In this document: piece after piece, positions 20,632-31,800 of the stretch
How positions within the stretch are numbered: position 1 is the stretch's first letter
How the letters are laid out: every line of letters starts with the position of its first letter
NCBI GenBank assembly: GCA_963843795.1
Contig: CAWJLW010000006.1
Location: forward strand, 2,294,001 to 2,358,000
DNA: 64,000 nt
Source of the DNA: an uncultured bacterium
GTDB taxonomy: Bacteria; Armatimonadota; Abditibacteriia; Abditibacteriales; Abditibacteriaceae
Reading direction: 5' to 3'
Position numbers and translations under genes: made by a program
The notes under the pieces: model-generated
The model's input: the letters and a program-made list of their open reading frames with translations, nothing else
The model's database searches: none
Told to the model about the DNA's origin: nothing

Positions 20632-22614
20632 TTAAGAACCCTGCTTGTGCCAACCAAAACCTAGCACCGTCACATCGTCGCGTTGCGCCCGTTCGCCGCG
20701 ATAATCTACCAGCGCCGCTTCAAATTCAGCACATTGTTGGTTAATGGGCCAAGTGGCACATTTTTTCAACAATGCACGCCACTGCGCTGTGCCAAATCCG
20801 AAACCCTTATCTCCACCAGACTGATCGAGGAAGCCATCGCTGGCCAAATAATAAGTCGCATTTCCAACTGCCAACGCTTGATTGGTAAATGTAGGAATGC
20901 GCTTGCCACCCAGCGAATAACGATCGCCTTTAAGTTCGCTAACGCTTGTTCCGTCGCTCCAGTATAGCGCAACTTTTCCACCGCAAAACACACCGTTCTG
21001 GCGTTTTTTATCCAGATAAACCAAGCCCGCATCCATCTGTGTCGTCACTGGCGCGGATTCGTCGCCTCTCATCGCACGCAATCGCGCATCGACGCGCGTC
21101 AAGATCGCTGCCGGATCATTCAAGGCCAAACTTTCGCATGAGTTTTCAAAAAGCGCGTGCGCCATCATCGTCATAATCGCGCCCGGAACTCCGTGTCCAG
21201 CGCAATCGACAACACCCACGAGAACGCCGCCAGCATCTTCGCGATACAGATAAAAATCGCCGCCCACCACATCGCGCGGCAGCCACAACACGAAATGCTC
21301 CAATTCTTGGCCCATCGACGGCAGAATCGAATTTTGCAGCAAGCTCGCGTACTGAATGCTATCGTTGATTTTTTTGTTGGCCGCGCTAATCTGTTCGTTG
21401 ACGGCGATCAGTTCGCGTGTGCGTTCGCGAACCTTGTCTTCAAGTTCGTCGGTGTGCGTGCGCACCTGCTGCGCCATCGTGCCAAACGAACGCGTCAATT
21501 CGCCCATTTCGTCGCCGCTCGCAGGGGGCAATTCCAGCGCATAATTACCGCGTCCCACATCGCGCGCCGCTTTGGTTAATTTCAAGAGCGGCGTCAGCAG
21601 CATCCGTTCGGTCGCTACAAACTGCACAGAAACTAACACCAGCAGCAAGAAAATCGCGCCCACGACTAATGGCATCCACAACCGTTGATCCAAAACCTGC
21701 GCCGCCTGCACATCGACTGAAGTGAACGCAAACCATTTCAGTTCGGGAATAAACGAAAGCGCACACAGTTGGCGTTTATTATCCAGTTGCGCCCAGAAGA
21801 CCGGAATCGCTTCGGGGTTCTTCGCGGCATTTGCCAGCGCTGCGCGCATTTTGGCTTGATCGTTGGGCCGCAACAAACGATAAATCGTCGAATGTTGGGC
21901 ACCTTTATCATTAATCGAAGCGAAGTCGATGAGCTTGCGATTGGGATGCGCTTGAATTGCCCCATTCTCGTTCAATAGAATCGGTGTCACGCCACGCTCG
22001 GCACTTTGAATGAAGCGCGCCAGAAAATCGCCCAAATCCAAACCGGTTCCGGTCAGTCCGATATTTCTCCCATCGTTTTTTACCAATACGTTAAACCACA
22101 CTTTGGTAGTTTTTAGTTTCACATCGGGATCGACATTGATGTTGAAATCGCGCGTGTTTTTCAAGGTATTGAAAAACCATTGGTCGTTAGGATTGTTGAG
22201 TTGCAAAGTGTAGCGAGGCTGCGTGCTGAACTTGCTGCGCGCATCGTTGAAAAAGTAATGGCGCGTGCGGGCCGAAACCACGAAATACGAATGATCGTCG
22301 AAAGATTCGCGGTAACGCTTGGCTTCGGCAAAAAACAGCGCACGTTTATCGGCGTTGTCTTCATCCAGCAACCATTGTCGCGTAATTTCCGAAGCCGCCA
22401 ACTGCTGCGACAAAGCCAGTTCACGCGCGACCGGAGCCAAAATGCGCTGCTTATTAAGCTGTGTCGTGTTGCGCGCGAACGACGTTCCTAAATTCGCTTC
22501 GATGCGCCCCAATGCTTGCCACGCCGCCACGCACGCCACAATGACCACAATGGCAATGCAAACACCTAAAACCAGCGCCGACTTAGCCCGCAAACCCAAA
22601 TTCATGCCAAGCAT
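20632..22614 (-). CDS. siaA: SiaA-like membrane PP2C/SpoIIE phosphatase with HAMP domain
   Basis: Two TM helices, extracytoplasmic domain, HAMP, VVGGDFY, DCAGHGVPGA, SDGFLDQ and QRDDVT. Confidence 0.9.
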   Translation of the reverse strand: MLGMNLGLRAKSALVLGVCIAIVVIVACVAAWQALGRIEANLGTSFARNTTQLNKQRILAPVARELALSQQLAASEITRQWLLDEDNADKRALFFAEAKRYRESFDDHSYFVVSARTRHYFFNDARSKFSTQPRYTLQLNNPNDQWFFNTLKNTRDFNINVDPDVKLKTTKVWFNVLVKNDGRNIGLTGTGLDLGDFLARFIQSAERGVTPILLNENGAIQAHPNRKLIDFASINDKGAQHSTIYRLLRPNDQAKMRAALANAAKNPEAIPVFWAQLDNKRQLCALSFIPELKWFAFTSVDVQAAQVLDQRLWMPLVVGAIFLLLVLVSVQFVATERMLLTPLLKLTKAARDVGRGNYALELPPASGDEMGELTRSFGTMAQQVRTHTDELEDKVRERTRELIAVNEQISAANKKINDSIQYASLLQNSILPSMGQELEHFVLWLPRDVVGGDFYLYREDAGGVLVGVVDCAGHGVPGAIMTMMAHALFENSCESLALNDPAAILTRVDARLRAMRGDESAPVTTQMDAGLVYLDKKRQNGVFCGGKVALYWSDGTSVSELKGDRYSLGGKRIPTFTNQALAVGNATYYLASDGFLDQSGGDKGFGFGTAQWRALLKKCATWPINQQCAEFEAALVDYRGERAQRDDVTVLGFGWHKQGS

Positions 22615-22704
22615 TTTAACGCGTCAGCACCAAAAAGCGCTTTGCAAGCACTTGCGCAAGTACTTGTCAAAGCGCTTTTCAAGTTTTAACATCGCATACG
22701 TATT

Positions 22705-23445
22705 TTAGGGCTTGGTGAAAGTAAGTTTGATACGGGTGTAATACAGCGTTTTGCGACCTTCGTAGCCCGAATCGGTGCCGACAAAAACCCACACTTTGCC
22801 CGCGCCATCAGCGCGCACTGGAAAAGTTTGATTGGCGCTGTCGAACGATTTAAGTCGATAGCTAAAATCCTCGCCCGCAATGCCGACATTGCCCAGCAAA
22901 ACCGCCGCGCTGCCGATATTGGCCTGATTGCCTTTGTCCAATGTGAAAACGCGCTCGCCATTTTCGATACGCACACTCGGCTCCAGTGGGGAAGCGCCCG
23001 CTTTGAGATAAACCGAAGCGCCCGGCGAACCGCCGACGCCAGCGGAATTTTCCGGCGCATCGGAGGCGATTTCGATTTCAAAGCGCACGCGATAAAGTGT
23101 GTTGGCCTCCAGCCCGTTGATTGGGCGTTTGATGAACTGCCACAAATCGTCCGAATGATTGAAACTGGTCAAGCGCAACGCTTTTTTCGTGCTATCAAGC
23201 GGCGCGGGCAACGGTGCGTGCGCGGTGCTAAGTTCATAATCGGCAGACGTAAAATTGGCAGGTAAATCGGAAACATCCATCGCCCAATTTTGAATGCCAG
23301 CGTTGAAATCGAAATCTTTCACAATTGTCGCTGGCGTGCTCGGCCCGCCAATCGAACCGTTGCAACCGCTTAAAATCAGCGGCAGCACAAAAGCGGGAAT
23401 CATGGCCAATGGCCGCCAATTTCGGTTCAAATTAGTGATGTGCAT
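22705..23445 (-). CDS. Putative lipoprotein of unknown function
   Basis: Lipobox LSGC and conserved-looking NHSDDLW and GTDSGYEG motifs. Confidence 0.75.
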   Translation of the reverse strand: MHITNLNRNWRPLAMIPAFVLPLILSGCNGSIGGPSTPATIVKDFDFNAGIQNWAMDVSDLPANFTSADYELSTAHAPLPAPLDSTKKALRLTSFNHSDDLWQFIKRPINGLEANTLYRVRFEIEIASDAPENSAGVGGSPGASVYLKAGASPLEPSVRIENGERVFTLDKGNQANIGSAAVLLGNVGIAGEDFSYRLKSFDSANQTFPVRADGAGKVWVFVGTDSGYEGRKTLYYTRIKLTFTKP

Positions 23446-23532
23446 AATGATGTAATTCGATTACAAATGAAAAAGCGCGCTGCAAGTAACTGCGCAAGTA
23501 CTTGCAGCGCGCTTTTCGGCTTCAAAGACGAT

Positions 23533-23940
23533 TTAATTCATTTCGGGAAACCACAATTTAATTTCGCGTTGCGCGGCTTCGGGCGAATCGGAACCGTGAA
23601 TCAGGTTGGCTTGTTTATCACAAGTGTATTGACCACGAATTGTACCGGGATCGGCATCCAAAGGATCGGTCGCGCCGATCATTTTGCGCGAAAGGACAAT
23701 GGCGTTGGGCGCTTCCAAAACCATCGCGACAACGGGCGACGAGGTGATGAATTCGCTCAACGAGGGAAAAAACGGTTTATCGACGTGTTCTTGATAATGT
23801 TCGCGCGCCAGTTCGGGCGTGACGGTCATCATTTTGAGGGCGGCAATTTGAAAGCCGCGCGCTTCAAATCGCGCCAGAATTTCGCCGGTTAAAGAGCGCT
23901 GCACGCCATCGGGTTTGACTACAATTAAAGTACGTTCCAC
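23533..23940 (-). CDS. ndk: Nucleoside-diphosphate kinase
   Basis: ERTLIVVKPDGVQR, PGTIRG and NLIHGSDS; GTG start after AGGAG. Confidence 0.97.
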   Translation of the reverse strand: MERTLIVVKPDGVQRSLTGEILARFEARGFQIAALKMMTVTPELAREHYQEHVDKPFFPSLSEFITSSPVVAMVLEAPNAIVLSRKMIGATDPLDADPGTIRGQYTCDKQANLIHGSDSPEAAQREIKLWFPEMN

Positions 23941-24034
23941 TGAATATTTCTCCTGTATTTGGTTGTGTCTTTGATTTGGCAAGGGATAAACTTTGCGCGT
24001 TACAAACGATTGGTTTACGGTTGAAGGAACAATT

Positions 24035-24208
24035 ATGCACAACAACCAAAATTCGCTGCCGCTGCCGCTCTTGATTGTCGGCGGTGCTCTGCTCGGCTTT
24101 TTAGCGGCTTATCTGTTCACACATTTGCTGGTCGGCATCGTCTGGATCGCGGCCCCAATTATCGGCGCGCTGTGGGGTCTCAGCTACTACAAACGCCCAC
24201 AAAGTTGA
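24035..24208 (+). CDS. Small two-TM membrane protein (57 aa)
   Basis: Two hydrophobic segments; GAAGGA upstream of the ATG. Confidence 0.6.
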   Translation: MHNNQNSLPLPLLIVGGALLGFLAAYLFTHLLVGIVWIAAPIIGALWGLSYYKRPQS

Positions 24209-24253
24209 TGCAAAGTTAATTTCGCCGCGCACATTATACCAAGATTTGACGTT

Positions 24254-25444
24254 TTAACTCGCGCACGGCGCGTTGGTGTGCATCGAAAGCGGCGGTACAG
24301 CAGCAGGCCGCGCGAAGTGAAAGCCTTGAGCGTAATCGCCGCTGTGCATTTGCAGCCATGCGCATTGCGCGGGATTTTCCACGCCTTCGGCGATGGTGCG
24401 AATGCCCAGAGCATTCGCGGTTTCCAGTAATTTTTGCGCGATTAAAGCACGGTAGGGATCATCGGGCACGCTGCGCATCAAATCGCGGTCGAGCTTGACA
24501 TAGTCGGGCCGCAAATCGGCCAGCAAGTTCAACGACGAATAACCCGAACCCAGATCATCTAAAGCGATGCCAAAGCCTTGGGCGCGGTAAGCGTGAAGCG
24601 TGCTTTTGAGTTCATCCAAATCTTCGATGCACTCGTTTTCCGTCACTTCGAACACAATTTGCTCGCGTGGCAAATCGACTTTATCGACGGCTTCCACTGT
24701 TGTCTGCAATGCGTAAAGCGGGTCGCTCAACGCAGTCGGCGCAAAATTGATGAAAATTTTCGCGCTTAAATGCCAGCGCGCGGCGGCACGGATTGCCGCC
24801 AAACGTGCGCCCAAATCTAACTGAAATAATAATCCCGCACCGCGCGCCACTTCCAGCATACGGCCCGGCGAAATAATTTTGTCACCGTCTTTGCAGCGCA
24901 GCAAACACTCGAAAGCGAAAATTTCCTGCGGCGCATTCACGCGCACAATCGGCTGAAACGCGGTATCCAGGCGGCAGTTTTCGATGGCATCAATCAACCA
25001 GCCGCACAAGGTTTTGCAGGCAAAATTGGCAAACGTATCAACACCAAAATAATCGCTAAGAGTCAGTGTATGACCATCGGCACCGAAAATGGCGCGCGTT
25101 GTGGTCTGCTCGGAAGTCGTTAAAACGTCCATTACATCCAGAACTAACGCTGATAAATCGGTTTCACCCACACGAACCGAAAGCGTCGCACCGTCCATAT
25201 CGCACGGACGCTTCGACTGCGCGCAGAACTCCTCCAAACGGTCGCGCACCTGAGCCGTCGCCGCGCACAAATGCAATACGCCCGGCCCGCAGATTGGACT
25301 TGGCATTTGCAGCGTGGTGCGCGAACGACGTCCACCGGATCGCGAAGTCACAGGCGACAGCGCGGTAACCCGGGCAGGCGCAACAGACTGCGGGCCAGAC
25401 GCATCAGGGACAAAAGGCGCGTAAGGGAAAGTCGTTTGGTTCAT
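24254..25444 (-). CDS. EAL-domain c-di-GMP phosphodiesterase-like protein
   Basis: AFQPIV, FECLLR, FEVTE, LDDLGSGYSSL, VKLDR and IAEGVE. Confidence 0.9.
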   Translation of the reverse strand: MNQTTFPYAPFVPDASGPQSVAPARVTALSPVTSRSGGRRSRTTLQMPSPICGPGVLHLCAATAQVRDRLEEFCAQSKRPCDMDGATLSVRVGETDLSALVLDVMDVLTTSEQTTTRAIFGADGHTLTLSDYFGVDTFANFACKTLCGWLIDAIENCRLDTAFQPIVRVNAPQEIFAFECLLRCKDGDKIISPGRMLEVARGAGLLFQLDLGARLAAIRAAARWHLSAKIFINFAPTALSDPLYALQTTVEAVDKVDLPREQIVFEVTENECIEDLDELKSTLHAYRAQGFGIALDDLGSGYSSLNLLADLRPDYVKLDRDLMRSVPDDPYRALIAQKLLETANALGIRTIAEGVENPAQCAWLQMHSGDYAQGFHFARPAAVPPLSMHTNAPCAS

Positions 25445-25696
25445 AATAGGGACACCGAAAATTAATCGTATTTTCCGTCGAAAAGCGAAAACGAAAATCG
25501 CACTGCTATACTAAACGGCTCGCCGGAAAGTTCTCTTGCCAAGCTGCGCAACTATCGCGGGTCGACGCTGTCGTGGCGCGCATTGTTCGCAGAAATTAAC
25601 CGAAAGAACACAAACGCTGCACTCTTTTCTGGAAATTACCAACCTAATTTCCAGTTCAATTTTTAACAAATTTCGTATCAAAACGAGGCCATTATT

Positions 25697-27520
25697 TTGA
25701 AACGCACCCATTACTGCGGCGATCTGCGCCGTGACCATATCGACACCAGCGTCGTGTTATGCGGCTGGGCTAAAGTCGTGCGCGATCAGTCGCATCAATT
25801 ATTTATCGACCTGCGCGACCGCAGCGGCGTTGTGCAATGCGTTATTGATCGCGATACTCATCCCGAAATTCACGCCGCGCTTTCGGGCATCGTGAAAACC
25901 GAGGCGTGTTTACATCTCAGCGGTACCGTGAAGCAGCGCTTGGCAGGCAAAGAAAATCCGCGTTTGAAAAGTGGCGAAATCGAAGTGCATGTACTTGCCG
26001 GCGAGATTTTGAACAATTCGAAAACGCTGCCCTTTGAGCTTGATGAAGATACGCGCACCGAAGAAAACGCGCGCCTACAATATCGCTATTTAGATTTGCG
26101 CCGCGAGACCATGCGCGACAACATGGAACTACGTTATCGTGCGGGCAAATTGGTGCGCGATTTTCTGGACACGGAAGGTTTCTGGGAAATCGAAACGCCG
26201 CTACTGTGGAAAAGCACGCCCGAAGGTGCGCGCGAATTCATCGTGCCCGCGACCACACACCCCGGCCAAGCCTTCGTTTTGCCTCAAAGCCCACAGATTT
26301 GCAAGCAGCTTTTGATGGTCGGCGGACTGGAAAAATATTTTCAGATCGCGCGCTGTTTCCGTGATGAAACCGCGCGTGCCGACCGCTTTTTAGAGTTCAC
26401 GCAAATCGACTTGGAAATGAGCTTTGTCGAGCAGGACGACGTGTTGGATGTGTGGGAACGCATGTTTCAATTTTTGCTACGCGAACTTAAAGGCATCGAC
26501 CTGGAATTGCCCTTGCCGCGCCTGACTTACGCCGAATCAATGGCCCGTTACGGCAGCGACAAGCCGGACACGCGTTATGGCATGGAGCTAATTGATTTGA
26601 GCGATTTGGCCGCTGACACGCAATTCAAAGTGTTTCAAAACGCGGTCGCGAGCGGCGGTCAGGTGAAAGCGATTTGTGCCAAAGGCTGCGCGAATTATTC
26701 GCGCAAAGAAATCGAAACGTTGACCGATTTGGTCAAACGTTTCGGAGCGCGCGGACTGGCAACTTTTGCGCTGGGCGAAAGCGAAATCAAATCGCAAGTG
26801 GCGAAGTTTTTCACCGATGAACAAATGCAGGAAATTTTCCGGCGCTGTGGCGCAGAAAGTGGCGACCTCGTGATGTGCGTCGCCGATTCCCGCACAGTTG
26901 TGGCGCAAAGCCTGGATTTTCTACGCCGCGAAATGGCAAAGCGTTTGGATTTAGTTCAGCCGGGCACTTTTGATTTTGTATGGATTGTCGATACGCCGAT
27001 GTTTGAATACGACGCGGCCAATAAGCGTTTCGACGCGATGCATCACCCTTTTTGCTTACCCAACCCGGAAGACATGGCATTATTAGAAGCCGGTTTTACC
27101 AGCGATTTGGATTTAAGCGATCCAGAGCATCCTTGGGCGAATGTGCGGGCGTGGCTTTACGATTTGGTGCTGAATGGCTGGGAAATTTCGAGTGGTTCGA
27201 TTCGTTGCCATCGCCGCGAAATTCAAGAAAAGATTTTTGATATTATCGGTTTGTCGAAAGAACAAGCGCAAAACCGCTTCGGTTTTATGCTTGATGCTTT
27301 TGAATATGGAGCGCCGCCACACGGCGGTGTGGCGTGCGGCTTCGACCGATTGGTAACGATTCTGGCCGAACTGCCCGATAACAATATGCGCGATTTGGTG
27401 GCATTTCCCAAAACAACAAGCGGCACGGATCCGATGTCAGGTGCACCGACGCCAATCGATGATAAGCGGTTGAGCGAACTGCGCTTGCAAGTCGTTGCGA
27501 GTGAAGAAGACGAAAAATAG
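25697..27520 (+). CDS. aspS: Aspartate--tRNA ligase
   Basis: RTHYCG, FIDLRDRSG, YRYLDLRR, STPEGAR, QIARCFRDE and GAPPHGG. Confidence 0.97.
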   Translation: MKRTHYCGDLRRDHIDTSVVLCGWAKVVRDQSHQLFIDLRDRSGVVQCVIDRDTHPEIHAALSGIVKTEACLHLSGTVKQRLAGKENPRLKSGEIEVHVLAGEILNNSKTLPFELDEDTRTEENARLQYRYLDLRRETMRDNMELRYRAGKLVRDFLDTEGFWEIETPLLWKSTPEGAREFIVPATTHPGQAFVLPQSPQICKQLLMVGGLEKYFQIARCFRDETARADRFLEFTQIDLEMSFVEQDDVLDVWERMFQFLLRELKGIDLELPLPRLTYAESMARYGSDKPDTRYGMELIDLSDLAADTQFKVFQNAVASGGQVKAICAKGCANYSRKEIETLTDLVKRFGARGLATFALGESEIKSQVAKFFTDEQMQEIFRRCGAESGDLVMCVADSRTVVAQSLDFLRREMAKRLDLVQPGTFDFVWIVDTPMFEYDAANKRFDAMHHPFCLPNPEDMALLEAGFTSDLDLSDPEHPWANVRAWLYDLVLNGWEISSGSIRCHRREIQEKIFDIIGLSKEQAQNRFGFMLDAFEYGAPPHGGVACGFDRLVTILAELPDNNMRDLVAFPKTTSGTDPMSGAPTPIDDKRLSELRLQVVASEEDEK

Positions 27521-27624
27521 ACCGTAGAATGGCGCTGCAAGTACTTGCAGCGCCATTTTGGTTTGCAATGCTGCAACTTTTGCCGGTGCAAGTACTTGCA
27601 GCACAGATGCCCTTATTATTCAAC

Positions 27625-28248
27625 ATGAAAAAACGTTGGATTTTTCTCGCGATCCTGGTTGGTCTGGGCGTGGCCGCGTGGAACGAACGCGCGCGATTGC
27701 AGCGCGTGATGCCGCGCTGGGCGCAAGTCATGAGCGACAGCACGCAAAGTTCGATTGCGCGTAATTTCGATGGTTTGGTGCGACCGCGCGAATTGCGCCG
27801 CCCTTACGGAATGGCACCGACAGTTTTTAAAGCGTATGTGCGCGCCTGCACCGCTGCCCACATTCATCCGTTTCGCATTGGTCAAACCATCGGCGACCAT
27901 CCGCGCTCAGCGGGCTATCACAAGCGCGATGGCATTTTGAAAGTCGATGGCGAACGCATCGAATATACCGCAGCCGTTGATTTGGGTGCGGAAGATTTAA
28001 GCGATGCGCAACGCAATCGCTTCATGCGCGAATTGGCCAAACAAGGCTTTATTTCGTGGTGGCGCAGCGGAGAAGGCTGGGAAGGTAACGAACACATTCA
28101 CGCCGTTTACGCACTGATTCCGATGAAACCGCAACTGCGCGAACAAGTAGTTTTGTGGCTGCGCGAACGCCGCGCTGCGGGCGAAGCGCGCCCCAAATGG
28201 GTGCGCAAAATTCGTCGATCACCACAATTCAAATCGTATTTCAGTTAA
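27625..28248 (+). CDS. Membrane-anchored hypothetical protein, possible M15/LAS-type Zn peptidase fold
   Basis: N-terminal TM anchor and a SAGYH...AVDL...EHIHAV (H...D...HxH) pattern. Confidence 0.6.
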   Translation: MKKRWIFLAILVGLGVAAWNERARLQRVMPRWAQVMSDSTQSSIARNFDGLVRPRELRRPYGMAPTVFKAYVRACTAAHIHPFRIGQTIGDHPRSAGYHKRDGILKVDGERIEYTAAVDLGAEDLSDAQRNRFMRELAKQGFISWWRSGEGWEGNEHIHAVYALIPMKPQLREQVVLWLRERRAAGEARPKWVRKIRRSPQFKSYFS

Positions 28249-28252
28249 ATAG

Positions 28253-28302
28253 AAACCTAAAAAGCCGCGCTGCAAGTACTTGCAGCGCGGCTTTTTAGGT
28301 TT
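28253..28302. terminator. 50-bp perfect palindrome filling the gap between convergent genes
   Basis: AAACCTAAAAAGCCGCGCTGCAAGT|ACTTGCAGCGCGGCTTTTTAGGTTT. Confidence 0.78.
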
Positions 28303-28305
28303 TTT

Positions 28306-28821
28306 TTACATTTGTTGTTTCACTTCGGTGCTGACCGCGTTGTATTTCGTGGTGAAGAACGCTTTGACTTCGTCCCAACTCGGCGGATTGACTTTTACGC
28401 CTGATTTCACGTCCGTCATATACGCATAATTCAGTCCACCGACTGATGGGCCGATAGTCTGCACGGTTCCGGTCACGGTGCGCGGATAATACGGTTTGGG
28501 CGCGGGCTTGTCGTCGATAACCAAGATGCGCGAATCGCCGTCGATGAGCGTGTACATATTGCGGTTCGAGGCAAGTTTGCTGGCATCGCGCACCCGACCG
28601 GTGACAGTTTTGGTCTGGCCTTTGAAGCGCGTCGGCTCATCAGCGATTTCCTGCAACGTCGAGCGCGTTTTCTCCGCCGCGTCTGGCGCGTTGACATTGT
28701 GACGTTTGGCGATTAAACCGGTGCTTTCGCCTTGGTCGGGAAAATGGTTCCAGCGGCGCGCGAACCAGATGCCGCCAATGACCATCAGAATTAAGCCCAA
28801 ACATCCGAATATCTTTGCCAT
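28306..28821 (-). CDS. Membrane-anchored hypothetical protein (possible OB-fold)
   Basis: N-terminal TM helix, IADEP..F.G....VTG.V pattern, GAGG upstream. Confidence 0.65.
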   Translation of the reverse strand: MAKIFGCLGLILMVIGGIWFARRWNHFPDQGESTGLIAKRHNVNAPDAAEKTRSTLQEIADEPTRFKGQTKTVTGRVRDASKLASNRNMYTLIDGDSRILVIDDKPAPKPYYPRTVTGTVQTIGPSVGGLNYAYMTDVKSGVKVNPPSWDEVKAFFTTKYNAVSTEVKQQM

Positions 28822-28877
28822 TATTGCCTCACTTTTCTCAATTTTAACACGCCAGCAAGTACTTGCAGGACACATTT

Positions 28878-31800
28878 TCACGCTGCTACACGCTGCGCCG
28901 CCAGATCATCGACCAGCCTAACCGACATAATTGTCGAGACGCCGGGTTTTTGCATGGTAATTCCGTATAGCACATCGGCTGCCTGCATGGTGCCATTATT
29001 GTGCGTAATCACCAGAAATTGCGTCTGGTCGGTAAATTCGCGCAGCAGTTGCGTGAAGCGCCCGACGTTGCTTTGATCGAGAGGCGCATCGACCTCATCC
29101 AAAACGACAAACGGACTCGGACTGGTTTTTAACAACGCCAGCATGAAAGTCAAAGCCGTCAAAGCGCGTTCGCCGCCCGATAAAAGCGCGATATCCTGCT
29201 GCGATTTGCCCGGAGGTTGCACGCGCAATTCGACGCCGGTTTCCAGCAAATTGTCCGGCTGGGTGAGCGATAAAAACGTTTGTCCGCCATCGAAAACGCG
29301 CTTGAACAGTTCGTCGAAATGCGCGCGCACGGTTTCAAAAGTTTTCATGAATTGTGCCCGCGTGCGGTCATCGATATCTTCGATAATCGCGTTCAATTCG
29401 TCGCTCGCCTGTTGCAAATCGTCGCGCTGCGCGACCAAAAATTCCAACCGTTCGCGCACTTGTTCGTGCTGCACAATCGCACCGCGATTGACTTGACCCA
29501 AAGCGCCGATTTTCTGCGTTAGTTCGCTAATCTCCTGCAAAGCGGCACCTTTGTGTTCGATGTCGTCTTTGTGGGCGCGCGCGCTTTCGGGCGTCGTGTC
29601 GAATTCTTCGCCAAAGCGCCGAATCATTTCAGCGATTTCAGCTTCGGTCGAAGCCAAACGCACTTCAACGCGGTGCAATTCTTCTTCGGCGTCGCGCAAT
29701 TCAACGCGCGCAGTTTTGAGAGCCGCGCCCGTGTTTTCAATTTCGGTCACGATTTGCGCGCGTTCGCTGCGTTCGCGCGTGTTGCGTGCTTCCAAATGCT
29801 CGCGCCGCTCTTGCAATTGAGCCAAAAGAGCCACGCTTTCGGCTTCTTGTTGCACGATGCGCGCGTCTTCGCCGCCGGCGCGTTCGATGCCGGTTTGACG
29901 CGAACGAATCTGGGTTTCGGCTTCGACAATGCCACGCTCGACTTCACCAATTGCGCGCCGCATCGCATTCAATCGCTCCTGCGAGGCCGAATAATCGGCA
30001 CGCACCTGCGAAACCGAATCGGCAATAGCTTCGCGCTCGTTTTGCCGCAGTTGCACCAACTGCTGCGCGCGTTTGACATCTTCATCTAAAGCGCGCGCAC
30101 GCTCATCCGCATCGTCGGCCACGCCGCGATCTTCGTTCTGGCGCGAAGTTTTGGCAGACAGTGAAGTCAGTGTGTTATTGAGTTGGTGAATCACGCCATC
30201 GCGGTCGTTTTTCAATTTGCGCTGTCCGCGCTGTAAATGCTCGATTTCACGCTCCTGCCGCGCGATTTGAGCGCGCACTTCGTTGGCTTTTTCCTGCTGG
30301 TCGCGCAAAGAATTTTGCTCGGCAAGTACTTGCAGGCGCGCTGTATCAGCTTCGGATTTCTTGTTGTCGATCTCAGCGCTTTGCTCGTCGATCAAACTTT
30401 CCAGTTCATCCAATTCGCGTTTACGCGCCAATAAACCGGACGTTTTCTGCTTGCCCTGCCCGCCGGTAATCGCGCCCGAAGGCAAAACCAGTTCACCTTC
30501 CAGCGTCACCAAGCGGCTGCCCATATCGCAGCGCGGCGCCAGTCGCGTGGCAATATCGACATTTTCAACGACGAGGACGCGCCCCAGCAAATATTCAATC
30601 GCGCGTTCGAACTGCGCGTCACATTCGACCAGTTCCGAAGCCAAACCGACGACGCCATTTTGTCCTAAAACCTCGCGCGTGCGCTGACCCGCGCCGGATG
30701 GACGTAGGGCTTCCAATGGCAAGAAAGTCGCCCGTCCAGCGCGATTGTTTTTCAGCCATGCAATCGCAGTTTTGGCTTGCGCGTCGCGCACGCAAATCAG
30801 GTTATTGACCGCGCCACCGAGCGCAATTTCAATCGCGGTTTCTAATTCCTGTGGAGCGCGAATCGCATCGGCCACGAGCGTGTAGTTGTCTTGCAATTGT
30901 CCACGCCCGACAGCCTGCAAAACCGAGCGTGCGCCGCCCTGCACGCCTTCCAAATTTTGCTCCAATTCGCGTAGCGCGCCCAAACGCGATTGACGGCGCG
31001 CGCGTTCTTCACGCAATGCGCTCGCAGATCGTTCGATTTCAGCCAGCGCATTTTGCGCATCATTTACTTTCACACGCGCATTTTCGGCATCATCTTTCAA
31101 TTGCGCGGCTTGCTTTTGACTCGCAGCGAGTTCGTCGTTAGCTTTTTGCTGCGCGGTGACGAAACTGGCGTTTTCGTTTTCCAAAGTTGCGGCCAATTGT
31201 TGCAATTCATCGCGGCGATTTTCCAGCGCGACGATTTCGGCGCGTCCGGTCGCCATTTTCTCGCGGCGCTGCTGGCCTTGCCGCATCAATTCGATAACGC
31301 GATTTTGCAAATCTTGCAAAGCGCGCGTTGCTTCCTGTAAATGGACGTTGGCCGCGCCCAGCGATTTTTCCGCATCTGCCGCGCCCTCGGACAGTGCGCC
31401 TGCCGATTGCACCGCGAGCTGCAATTCGCGCTTTTGCGCCGCTAAATTTTCACGCGCCGTTGTAACGCGCGCGCGCAGTAAGCCGATTTCCTGCGCCAGA
31501 AATTCTTGTTGTTCGGTCAGGGCGCGACGGCGTTCGCGCGCGACGGCGATTTCGCCTTCGGTGGCTTTTAAGCGCGTGATGACATCAGTGGCTTGCGCTT
31601 GCGCGCTTTCCATCGAGCGCTCTAATTCCGCGCGTCGCGCTTCCAACTGTTGCGCTTCAGTTTCCTGTTTTTCAATGGTTGCCAAACCCGCTAAAACGGT
31701 TTCGGTTCCGCTGTCTTTGGATTGTCGCAGACCTTCCAAGCGCGTCACTCGCAAATCGTATTCACGCGCCAACATGGCCAGTTGCAAGTACTTTAAGCGC

